This document shows, piece after piece, positions 1 through 9,651 of a stretch of 20,940 bases of DNA. Below the pieces are notes generated by a model. It searched no databases. It was given only the letters and a program-made list of their open reading frames with translations, and had not been told where the DNA came from. Source of the DNA: Octopus sinensis (Eukaryota); NCBI RefSeq assembly GCF_006345805.1, contig NW_021824027.1:1-20940 (forward strand), written 5' to 3'. The translations under genes and the position numbers were made by a program. Each line of letters begins with the position of its first letter. Position 1 is the stretch's first letter.

Positions 1-37
1 AAAGCGAAGCGACCTGGACCTCGGCAGAATTTGAAAC

Positions 38-100
<63 letters not shown>
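38..100. repeat. (AAT)n microsatellite
   Basis: Direct reading. Confidence 0.98.
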
Positions 101-242
101 TCTTTCTGTTGGAAGCACAAGGCCTCGAATTTGAGAAAAGGGATTGAGTCAATTTACATCAACCCCAGTACGTAACTGGTACTGATTTTATCGACCCCCC
201 CGAAAGGATGAAAGGCAAAGTCGACCCCGGCGGAATTTGGAA
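101..242 (-). mobile_element. Fragment of tRNA-derived SINE family B (further fragments at 1-37 and ~300-360)
   Basis: Shares ATCGACCCC..GAAAGGATGAAAGGCAAAGTCGACC.CGGCGGAATTTG with 14406-14809. Confidence 0.75.
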
Positions 243-404
243 TTATAATAATAATAATAATAATAACAACAACAATAACGATAATAATAATTAATTCGTT
301 TATTGGCCACAAGGGCTGACAAAAATCAATTAAAACAGAAAGGGACAAACACAGGACGGAAGTTACAAAAGGGTTTTGTCCGTTTGAAATAATAATAATA
401 ATAA

Positions 405-745
405 TCTAGAAGTCCAAAATGTGGTCCTTTGCTATTCGCAAGACCCGCAGAAGAGAAAGCAGGTCAACCCCCGACACCGAGAGCTTCGACGGATGGATGA
501 ATGCACATCCAGGCTCAGCGGTTGCGTAGGAAGTCGGGGACAAGAAACAGGAAGAAAGAGTGAGAGAAAGTTGGGGCGAAAGAGTACAAAAGGGGTCGCC
601 AACCTCCACTCCCTGCCGGAGCCTCGTGGATCTTTTAGGTGTTTTCGCTCAATAAACACACACAGCGCCCAGTCTGGGAAGCGAAACCGCGATCCTTCGA
701 CCGCGAGTCCGCTGCCCAAACCACTGGGCCATTGGTGGCCTCCAC
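405..745 (-). mobile_element. tRNA-derived SINE family C, tail variant 1, (ATT)n-ended
   Basis: Minus-strand head GTGGAGGC..TGGCCCAGTGG (A box) and GGTTTCGCTTCC (B-box-like); ~195 bp shared with 17415-17720. Confidence 0.8.
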
Positions 746-989
746 TGCTGCTGCTGTTTGGGCAGCTATAGCGTCTTCAGCCGGAATTAGCCGGAACGTA
801 GTCGAGGCATAAAGGGGAACAAGGATGTACTTGAAAGAAGGACTTATATTGAGTGGAAAGTACAGCAACAGTTTGAGATTTTTCCTGTATTTACTGAACG
901 GACCATGAGGTGATAGGATGCCTTATTAAGAAGTCAAACCAAAATCTGCTGTGGATGTAGAAAACATCTAAATACTATCAGACGGATAA

Positions 990-1620
990 CATTTATATAC
1001 ACATTATATATACATTGACACACACATACATACATATACACACACAAACATTTATTTATGTATATATATATATATACACATTATATATACATTGACACAC
1101 ACATACATACATATACATATATATACACACACAAACATTTATTTATATATATATATATACACACATTATATATACATTGACACATACATACATATACATA
1201 TATATACACACACAAACATTTATTTATTTAAATATATATATATACTCTTATATATGGATGTATGTGCATATACGTGCATTTAAGAGTATTGATAATTAAC
1301 AGTACATAGATAAATATACATTCACATGTATATACACATATAAAGATCTTATATACATATATATATACTTATATACAATATATATATATGATATAATTAT
1401 ATACATAATATATAGACATTCAAACATATGTGTATATACACACACACAACTTATATGTAACTATTCAAACATATATATACACAATCAAAGCACAAATACT
1501 TAACAGCCATACATATATATAAACATAAATAAATATATATATATATATCCATTCACACATTCATATATACAATTTATACATACATATATACACACACACA
1601 TACACACATATATATATAAA
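990..1620. repeat. Compound (TA)/(CA) microsatellite with ~75-80-bp higher-order repeats
   Basis: TACACATTATATATACATTGACAC...CACAAACATTTATTT recurs three times in ~1000-1225. Confidence 0.9.
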
Positions 1621-1897
1621 ATAATAATATTATTAGGGAGTATAACTCCAAACTTATAGGGAAAAATTCAATTTAGTAATACTAAATCAAATTTCGCAAT
1701 TTATATTACATGTTTATAAATTAGAGAAGTTCTAGGTAAATCTTTTATCGTACCTTTAATTATTTTCTACATGGTAATAACATGGTATGATTTAATTATA
1801 TCATTGCTGAATTGCTACATGGTGGTTCTTCTCTAATTTCTATACATACATACCCACACACACACACATATATATATATATACACACATATATATAT

Positions 1898-2020
1898 GCT
1901 CTTTTACTCTTTTACTTGTTTCAGTCATTTGACTGTGGCCATGCTGGAGCACCGCCTTTAGTCGATCAAATCAACCCCAGGGCTTATTGTATCGGTGTCT
2001 TTTGCCGAACCACTAAGTTA
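1898..2020 (-). mobile_element. 3' fragment of SINE family A
   Basis: Reverse complement of the ...GGTGCTCCAGCATGGCC.CAGTCAAATGACTGAAACAAGTAAAAGAGTAAAAGAG tail. Confidence 0.85.
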
Positions 2021-2195
2021 TATAATATATATATATACATATACACACATACACACACACACACATATATATATTTATAAACACACACGCATATTCATAC
2101 ATACATACATACGGGCGTTAAAAGCTAACATTATCACATAATCGTCAAAGCCGTCATCAGCATTATCGTCATCCGTCATCCTTCAACTCTGCCCT

Positions 2196-2202
2196 TATAA
2201 AT
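2196..2202 (+). promoter_or_regulatory. Possible TATA box
   Basis: TATAAAT about 40 nt upstream of ATG 2241. The motif is common in AT-rich DNA. Confidence 0.25.
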
Positions 2203-2240
2203 ATTATTGTTGTTGTCGTTGTCGTGTCGTCGTCGTCCTG

Positions 2241-2342
2241 ATGGAGAGAAAGATAAAGAAGAAGAAGCAAGGGGTCGGCTTGGCTCATTTAATGAGGCAA
2301 TTACAATATGGGAAATTACAGGGTCACGCCAAATTGCCACCG
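2241..2342 (+). CDS. Putative first coding exon (MERKIKKKKQGVGLAHLMRQLQYGKLQGHAKLPP) of the class-V aminotransferase gene
   Basis: ATG at 2241, 34 codons, then a consensus donor CCG|GTGAGT at 2343 in phase 0. This matches the phase-0 start (GTC ACC ATG) of the exon at 9017. TATAAAT lies at 2196-2202. No homology support for this peptide. Confidence 0.4.
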
Positions 2343-2444
2343 GTGAGTTTTTGCGAAGGACCTTCAACCGTTTGTTTTGTTGCTTGTTGTTGTTGTTGTT
2401 GTTGTGTTCTTGTTGTTCTTGTTGTTCTTGTAGCTGCTGTTATT

Positions 2445-3512
2445 ATTGTTGTTTAGCCCAAGGTCAGTCCTCATCCAAAGAGACAGACTAGTGATCAAAT
2501 ATGTTCCAGCTGTGACCATCCCATCTTATATTCAGGCATAGTGTATCTAGGACTACATTATCTAATGTATAGTATAGGAGTTAGTATTAGTGGCTATAGC
2601 TGTTGTTGTTGTTGTTGTTTAGCCCCAGGTCAGTCCTGATCCAGACAGACCTATGATCAAAGATGCTCCAGCTGTGACCATCCCATCTTTTATTCAGACT
2701 ACATTATCAAATCTATAGTATAATAGCTTGTATTAGTAGCTTTAGTTGTTGTTGTTGTTGTTTAGCCCCAGGTCAGTCCTGATCCAGACAGACCTATGAT
2801 CAAAGTTCTTCCAGCTCTGACCATCCCATCTTTTATTCAGGCATAGTGTATCTAGGACTACATTATCTAATGTATAGTATAGTAGTTAGTATTAGTGGCT
2901 ATAGTTGTTGTTTAGCCCTAGGTCAGACATAGGATCAAAGACGTTCCAGCTGTGACCATCCCATCATTTATCAAGCATAGTGTATCTGGGACTGCATTAT
3001 TTAATGTATAGTATAGTAGTTAGTATTAGTGGCAATAGTTGTTGTTTAGCCCTAGGTCAGACATAGGATCAAAGACGTTCCAGCTGTGACCATCCCATCA
3101 TTTATCAGGCATAGTGTATCTGGGACTGCATTATCTAATGTATAGTATAGTAGTTAGTATTAGTGGCAATAGTTGTTTAGCCCTAGGTCAGACATAGGAT
3201 CAAAGACGTTCCAGCTGTGACCATCCCATCATTTATCAGGCATAGTGTATCTGGGACTGCATTTTCTAATGTTTAGTATAGTAGTTAGTATTAGTGGCTG
3301 TAGTTATTGTTTAGCCCCAGGTCAGTCCTGATCCAGTTAGACCTATGATCAAAGATGTTCCGGCTGTGACCATCCCATCTTTTATTCAGGCATAGTGTAT
3401 CTAGGACCACAGTATCTTAATGTATAAATAGTAGTTAATATTACTGGCTATAACTGTTATTGTTGTTTAACCCCTGGTCCATCCTGATCCAAACAGACCT
3501 ATGATAAAAGAC
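2445..3512 (+). repeat. Tandem array of ~130-165-bp satellite (7 full units + partial)
   Basis: Unit starts GTTTAGCCC at 2451, 2617, 2760, 2910, 3044, 3175, 3309, 3465. Confidence 0.95.
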
Positions 3513-3919
3513 ATGTCCTCAGATTGACACGTAAACACTCTGAAATGTTCCTATTGGATCTTCCAGCTTGAATGCCAAGCAGTACAGCATTTCTGACAGG
3601 GTGAATTGTGTCATGGTGCTGTTTCTCTCACAGACTGTGCCCAACTGACCCTACTATACTGTGTAGTCAATAAAATTTAAAACAAACTGTGTGCATTTCA
3701 CGAAATTAAAAATATAAAATAACAACAATTTATCCATCGTACCCAGTATGTATGTATGTGTGTGTGTATGTATATATCCAAAACACAAAATTTGAAAAGT
3801 GATAATAATGCCGGTTATTATGCTGGAAGGAGAAAATCTTGTTTTGTAGAATATTTTATAATACTTTCGCGTGTAAAACAAATTTTCTGTATTTCTTCAT
3901 CTTATTTTGTTCCGTATAT

Positions 3920-3947
3920 CTACATATACATATATATGTATATTTAT

Positions 3948-4017
<70 letters not shown>

Positions 4018-4107
4018 ATATATATATATTTATACATATATGTATGTATATATGTATATATGTATATACATATATATGTATATATATATTTATACATATA
4101 TATATTT

Positions 4108-4184
<77 letters not shown>

Positions 4185-4270
4185 CATGTATATTTATGTA
4201 TATATATATTTATGTATATATATATATATGTATATATGTATGTATGTATATATATATGTTTGTATATAAA
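3920..4270. repeat. (TA)n/(TATG)n/(CA)n compound microsatellite
   Basis: Direct reading; similar tracts at 4930-5068, 12020-12335, 16055-16190. Confidence 0.97.
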
Positions 4271-4339
4271 GAAAGGCCACTGGTTTTAATTGATTAATAT
4301 CAATTTCTACCCGTATTCAATTTTATATATGTATATATG

Positions 4340-4371
<32 letters not shown>

Positions 4372-4578
4372 ATGTGAAATAGAAAGATGAATAATCTTGT
4401 AGTAGATTAATCAAAAGTTTAACCGATACCTTGGTAGCAAAAATCACAGCAGTAAACAGCACGGTTGGAGGTACGACCATATGGTGTTGCAACCGTGCGT
4501 TGGTGCGGATAATTGAAATAAAATATTATTGGTGAATTGAAGAAATGGAGCTGAACGAAGATTGAACAGAAATCGTTT

Positions 4579-4671
4579 TATTTCATTCTACACGTGTTTC
4601 GAAAGGCACAATTTACCAAAATCCGATTGAATAATGAGACCATATTGTGTCTTTCTCTTCAGGAAGAAATA
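4579..4671 (-). ncRNA. Type I hammerhead ribozyme (left arm of palindrome 4523-4933)
   Basis: Minus strand: UAUUUCUUC-CUGAAGA-[stem II GAAAGACACAAU/AUUGUGCCUUUC, 11/12 paired, 31-nt loop]-GAAA-C-ACGU-GUA-GAAUGAAAUA. Stem I is 9 bp with one bulge. Core intact. Confidence 0.8.
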
Positions 4672-4784
4672 GGAAATCCGTTGGAAAAAACAAAAACAGA
4701 AGTTTTGCCATGGGCTCTTAGGAGCCTAGTTCAATTTGTTTTGCTCCGCCTCTGTTCTGTTTTTGTTTTTTCCAACGGATTTCC

Positions 4785-4877
4785 TATTTCTTCCTGAAGA
4801 GAAAGACACAATATGGTCCCATTATTCAATCGGATTTTGGTAAATTGTGCCTTCCGAAACACGTGTAGAATGAAATA
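4785..4877 (+). ncRNA. Type I hammerhead ribozyme (right arm of palindrome 4523-4933)
   Basis: CUGAAGA 4794-4800; stem II 4801-4812/4844-4855 (10/12 paired); GAAA 4856-4859; palindromic ACACGUGU stem III; GUA cleavage triplet 4865-4867; stem I 4785-4793/4868-4877. Confidence 0.78.
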
Positions 4878-4929
4878 AAACGATTTCTGTTCAATCTTCG
4901 TTCAGCTCCATTTCTTCAATTCACCAATA

Positions 4930-5000
<71 letters not shown>

Positions 5001-5002
5001 AT

Positions 5003-5047
<45 letters not shown>

Positions 5048-5228
5048 TTATATATATATATATATGCATACGGGTTATAAACAGAGAACAAATTTAGAGT
5101 GGATTGTAGGTATTTGACATCTACTTCTAGCGTACAGGCACTGGCATTTCAATGCCCTTAATTATAATTATATTTTTATAAATATATACTTAAAAATATC
5201 TTTTATTCTCTCTCTCTCTGTTTATTTC

Positions 5229-5578
5229 CTTGTGGCCCTTTCTGTTGAAGAGCATAGGCTCAAAACATAAAATACTTTCTCACCTTCCCAAGTGTGTCAA
5301 ACAAATACACCTGCTTGTTCTTTATACACCTCTCTTTGTCTTTTGTTTTTCTGTAAATTTCAACTATATATATATAAATGTGACCGCCTGTGTACCGTTG
5401 GAGATTTTATTTTCCTCCGTCTTCCCTTTCTTGGATCTTTCCTTTTCCTATGTTTCTGACGAAGAGCTCCGCTCGAAACGTTAAACCCCCCTTCTTCCCT
5501 TCCTTCCGGAGCATCCAATAATACTATATTTGTTCCACGTCCTCGCGTTGTTGTGTTTTCTCTTTGTGTTTTCATCCT
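5229..5578 (+). mobile_element. Penelope-like / retrozyme-like terminal repeat carrying minimal hammerhead motifs
   Basis: Contains hammerhead motifs at 5452-5486 (intact) and 5238-5273 (degenerate). Its 3' part recurs on the minus strand at ~9391-9560 and ~10271-10440. Confidence 0.55.
5452..5486 (+). ncRNA. Minimal type I hammerhead ribozyme (dimer-type)
   Basis: GUUU-CUGACGA-A-GAGC(UCC)GCUC-GAA-ACGU-U-AAAC. Stem I is 4 bp, there is an extra A after A9, stem III is palindromic ACGU, and cleavage is predicted after U5482. Confidence 0.7.
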
Positions 5579-5579
5579 T

Positions 5580-5770
5580 GGCGTTAGGAAGGGCATCCTG
5601 GCATTAGGAAGGGCATACTGGCGTTAGGAAGGGCATCCAGCCATAGAAACATTGCCAGATCAGACTGGGCCTGGTGCAGCCTTCTGACTTCCCAGACCCC
5701 AGTTAAACCGTCCAACCCATGCCAGCATGGAAAACGGACGCTAAACAAAGATGATGATGATGATGAAGAT
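5580..5770 (+). mobile_element. 3' fragment of (GAT)n-tailed retroelement family D, with a triplicated 20-bp GGCGTTAGGAAGGGCATCC motif
   Basis: GGCGTTAGGAAGGGCATCCAGC...CCAACCCATGC.AGCATGGAAAACGGACG.TAAAC(GAT)n also found at 7914-8620, 16362-16697, 16871-17008, 17725-18200. Confidence 0.8.
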
Positions 5771-6175
5771 GAGATATATATATATTTCAGTTGGATTGGA
5801 GCTGTAATTTTGTGTGTACACATAGCACGAAATAACATAATTTGTATAGAAGGTTTAGCGAGAGCGAGAGAGTATGTGTGTGTGTGCTAAAAGAAGTTAT
5901 TCTATGGCTTTCTTTCATTTGAAGCAGCAAAATTGTCAACTCAATCATATGATTGTTCGTTAATTTCCGTAAAAATATTTAATTTCTTTATGCTTTGAAG
6001 AGATCAAAAATTGAGAGAGAGGAGAAAGTGAAAAGGTGATATTTGCTTTGAAGTGAGAGCAGAAAGGGAAAGGTGTATGTATGTGTATATGAAATGGACA
6101 CGTGTGTGTGTGTGTGTGCATGAGAGAGAGAGAGTGAGTAAGTAAAGGTGTGTGTTGTCATGTATGTGTAAGTGG

Positions 6176-6223
<48 letters not shown>

Positions 6224-6287
6224 TTATCTTTCATATGCACGTACATGAATACATATGTATATATCATTTTTCCCTCAAATTAATTAA

Positions 6288-6469
6288 TGGAGCATAGGTA
6301 CAAAGCAGTGTTTACGCATGAGCAGAATATAGGTTAGGTGAAATTTGTTTTTGCCATAAGAGAGAGATTTTTTCTCCACGGTAATTACAGTGCATTTGGC
6401 TGTAGCAGTTGAAATATGTGACAAACATATTTCACCTAATTCGAAACACTGCTTTGCGCCTATGGTCCC
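6288..6469. mobile_element. 182-bp MITE flanked by TTAA (Kolobok/T2- or Harbinger-like termini)
   Basis: TTAA 6284-6287 and 6470-6473; 26-bp TIRs TGGAGCATAGGTACAAAGCAGTGTTT vs GGGACCATAGGCGCAAAGCAGTGTTT (4 mismatches); inner inverted TTAGGTGAAAT.TGTTT. Confidence 0.7.
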
Positions 6470-6500
6470 TTAAAATATATAACAGAGAAACAATTCTTAA

Positions 6501-6722
6501 CCCTTTTGTTACCAACCCGGTTGAAACCAGCTCTGGCTCTGTAATACAAGTGTCTTGTTTTCATAAGTTTTGAATTAAAATCTTCCACCAAACCTTAGTC
6601 ACAATTTATGTTCCTAACACTAGCTTAATGATAACTAAGTTATTTTGCTAAATATTTTGTTATATTTAAAATTAATTGAAAGAAACACAGAGCATCTCAA
6701 CAGAAATATGGTAACAAAAGGG
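6501..6722. mobile_element. 222-bp piggyBac-like MITE, copy 1
   Basis: TTAA|CCCTTTTGTTACC ... GGTAACAAAAGGG|TTAA: perfect 13-bp TIR, CCC termini and TTAA target duplication. Confidence 0.85.
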
Positions 6723-6753
6723 TTAAAATATATAATAGAGAAACAATTCTTAA

Positions 6754-6975
6754 CCCTTTTGATACCAGCTTGGCTGAAACCACCTCTGGCTCTGTAGTAC
6801 AAATGTCTTGTTTTCATAAGTTTTGAATTAAAATCTTCCACCAAACCTTAGTCACGATTTATGTTCCTAACACCAGCTTAATGGTAACTAAGTTATTTTA
6901 CTAAATTCTTTGTTATATTTAAAATTAATTGAAAGAAACACACAGCATCTCAAAATAAATACTGTAACGAAAGGG
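6754..6975. mobile_element. 222-bp piggyBac-like MITE, copy 2
   Basis: TTAA|CCCTTTTGATAC ... GTAACGAAAGGG|TTAA; roughly 10% diverged from copy 1 by eye. Confidence 0.85.
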
Positions 6976-7913
6976 TTAAAATATATATATATATACATAC
7001 ATACATAATATATACAAACATATATTTATATATATATATACTGTTGTGTCTGGGGAGAGTCATTTTCTTTTTGTACCTTATAATATAACACACTCACGGG
7101 TAAAATTTCCACTTATTTCTTATTTTTATTTATATATATATATATGTATAAAACATAGGCCTTCACCAGTAATAAATACAGACTGCTCTATGATATGTGT
7201 TTCTGTGTCAGATGTCATTTCTGATCCTTATCTCTGTTGTATCTTAATTGCCTCCTTGGTCCCATCCAGATCAGCATCCCTTTGGTGATAGGGTCATTGG
7301 GATTCTTAACCCAAAGTTAATTTCTTATCACAACTCACATTCGTTCACTCTGTGTGTGTGTGTGTGTGTGTGCGTGTGTGTAAGTGCATATCTGTATATA
7401 CATATGTGTGTTATAATCTGTGTATGTGAGCGCAGGAATGTGGGTTTGTAATAAATGAAATCTGGGTTAGGGATCCCCCCAAGAACTGTCACCAGACAGG
7501 CATCGCCCCCTGGATGGAAGGAAAGGGACTGTTAAGAAATACAACAGAGATAAGGATCACAAATGATGTCTACTTAATGCTTGTAATGTGTGCGGGGGTG
7601 GGGGCTACATAGAGGTGTGTTTATATATGCGTATATTTTTGTATGTGGGTATATACATATATAATATATATATATATATATATAATAAAATAATAATATT
7701 AGGGAGTACAGCTCCAAACTTACAGGGAAAAATTAGATTTAGGATTAAATCAAATTTCACAGTATAAATATATAAAATATGAATTAGAGATAAAACCACT
7801 TTTATATATTATATTAATTATATTTATATTATTTGTTATTTATGTATTGGTTTATGTCTCACTGTTTAGGTTTTATCTCTAATTCATATCATCATCATCA
7901 TCATCATCATCAT

Positions 7914-8620
7914 TAACGTCCGCTTTCATGCTAGCATGGGTTGGACGGTTCAACTGGGGTCTGGCAAGCCGAAGAAGCTGACCAGGCCAGTCGGATCTGG
8001 CAGTGTTTCTACAGCTGGATGCCCTTCCTAACGCCAACCACTCCGAGAGTGTAGTGGGTGATTTTATGTGCCACTGACACAGGTGCCAGACGAGGCTGGC
8101 AGACGGCCACGCTCGGATGGTGTGTTTTTTATGTGCCACCGACACAGGTGCCAGACGAGGCTGGCGAACGGCCACGCTCGGATGGTGTTTTTTATGTGCC
8201 ACCGACACAGGTGCCAGACGAGGCTGGCGAACGGCCACGCTCGGATGGTGTTTTTTATGTGCCACTGACACAGGTGCCAGACGAGGCTGGCAGACGGCCA
8301 CGCTCGGATGGTGTTTTTTATGTGCCACCGACACAGGTGCCAGACGAGGCTGGCGAACGGCCACGCTCGGATGGTGTTTTTATGTGTCACCGACACAGGT
8401 GTCAGACGAGGCTGGCAGACGGCCACGCTCGGATGGTGTTTTTTATGTGCCACCGACACAGGTGCCAGACGAGGCTGGCGAACGGCCACGATCGGATGGT
8501 GTTTGTTACGTGCCCACAGCACGGAGGCCAGTCAATGCGGTACTGGCTACGGCCACGTTCGGATGGTTTTCTTATGTGCCACCGGCACTGGTACCACAAA
8601 GATACAAATTCCATTGATGT
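7914..8620 (-). mobile_element. Family D element with internal 63-bp tandem expansion
   Basis: (ATC)n tail at 7888-7913; 63-bp units start at 8066, 8131, 8194, 8257, 8320, 8382, 8445. Confidence 0.85.
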
Positions 8621-8664
8621 TCATCTATTTTGATTTGGTTTGATATATATATATATATATATAT

Positions 8665-8760
8665 AGTGGCTGTGTGGTAAGTAGCTTGCTTCCCAACCAC
8701 ATATTTCCGGGTTCAGTCCCACTGCATGGCACCTTGGGCAAGTGTCTTCTACTATAGCCT
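8665..8760 (+). mobile_element. 5' fragment of tRNA-derived SINE family A
   Basis: TGGCTGTGTGG A box and GGTTCAGTCCC B box; truncated after CTATAGCCT. Confidence 0.85.
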
Positions 8761-9016
8761 GTTTTTTGAAAAACAAGGGGGGATTTGTGGCGGTGTTCAG
8801 TGAACAAATTAAACACACTACCCAGCAGTGGCTAAAACGCAAACCAATCAAGTTTATGTATAAATTTTCTTTTTAATGTTTGTTGCCTTTTACACAATAT
8901 TAAAACAAGGGATAAAAATTTTCTGAAGCAGAACCCCCGACCCTTAATTTTATCTATGAACCACCACTGACATTGTTGTTATATATTTATATTTTTGTCT
9001 TAATGTCTCCCCGCAG

Positions 9017-9116
9017 GTCACCATGGATGGCGACGAGAACCCGGTTCTTAAAACCCTCAGGGAAAACGTCATAGGGTCAGACCTGATAGTCAATGGCCCC
9101 TATGGGCCAGTCAAAG
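9017..9116 (+). CDS. Exon of PLP-dependent class-V aminotransferase / cysteine-desulfurase-like gene (VT-MDGDENPVLKTLRENVIGSDLIVNGPYGPVK)
   Basis: Acceptor ccgcag|9017; ATG 9023 in good Kozak context (gtcaccATGG); donor G|GTAAG at 9117 (phase 1). The LRENVIG..GPYG motif is typical of this family's N-terminus. Confidence 0.85.
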
Positions 9117-9203
9117 GTAAGCGCAACTTTCTAAAGGCCTCTGTGTTTCACTCACCCTTATTGTATAGAGTCATAATCATCACCACAAGTACCCCCTCCA
9201 TGT

Positions 9204-9360
9204 GTGGCTGTGTGGTAAGAAGCCTGCTTCCCAACCACATGGTTCCAGGTTCAACCCCATTGCATGGCACCTTGGGCAACAGTCTTCTGCTGTAACCTTG
9301 AGCCAACCACAGCTTTATGAGTGGATTTTGTAGACGTAAACTGAAAGAAGCCTGTTGTAT
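9204..9360 (+). mobile_element. Diverged 5' half of SINE family A
   Basis: Homologous to 9652-9820. Confidence 0.8.
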
Positions 9361-9380
9361 ATACGTTTATATATGTATAT

Positions 9381-9606
9381 ATATATATAGTTAATCCAAA
9401 CAAGAAAACACAGAAAAAAACACAGCAACGGGAGGACGTGGAACAATTAAAGTATTATTGGACGCTCAGGAAAGAAGGGAAGAAGGAGGGTTTAACGTTT
9501 CGAGCGGAGCTCTTTGTCGGAAACAAAGGAGAAGGAAAGATCCCGAGAAGGGAAGACAGAAGAAAAAAATTTTTTGCTGGTGGTGCTCAAGAGATCACAT
9601 GTTGAA

Positions 9607-9651
<45 letters not shown>

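Larger units (their letters stand above)
4523..4933. repeat. 179-bp-arm inverted repeat with 53-bp spacer (foldback element, probably a Penelope-like terminal repeat)
   Basis: 4523-4701 is the reverse complement of 4755-4933 with 2 mismatches (at 4602 and 4637). Confidence 0.95.

Noticed and set aside
755-800. CUGAAGA on the minus strand at 774-780
   Set aside because: No GAAA or stem III follows before the adjoining SINE.
2110-2165. CUGAUGA on the minus strand at 2154-2160
   Set aside because: No downstream GAAA or closing stems.
3756-4297. Long I/Y/C/V/H/T-rich ORFs (also ~1092-1283, 12000-12386, 15917-16299)
   Set aside because: They are translations of (TA)/(TG)/(CA) microsatellites.
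4459-4498. 9-bp inverted repeat GCACGGTTG/CAACCGTGC next to the palindrome
   Set aside because: Too short to separate from chance without homologous copies.
7879-8643. Overlapping 110-190-aa ORFs on both strands
   Set aside because: Produced by the 63-bp tandem repeat inside a mobile element; no recognisable domain.
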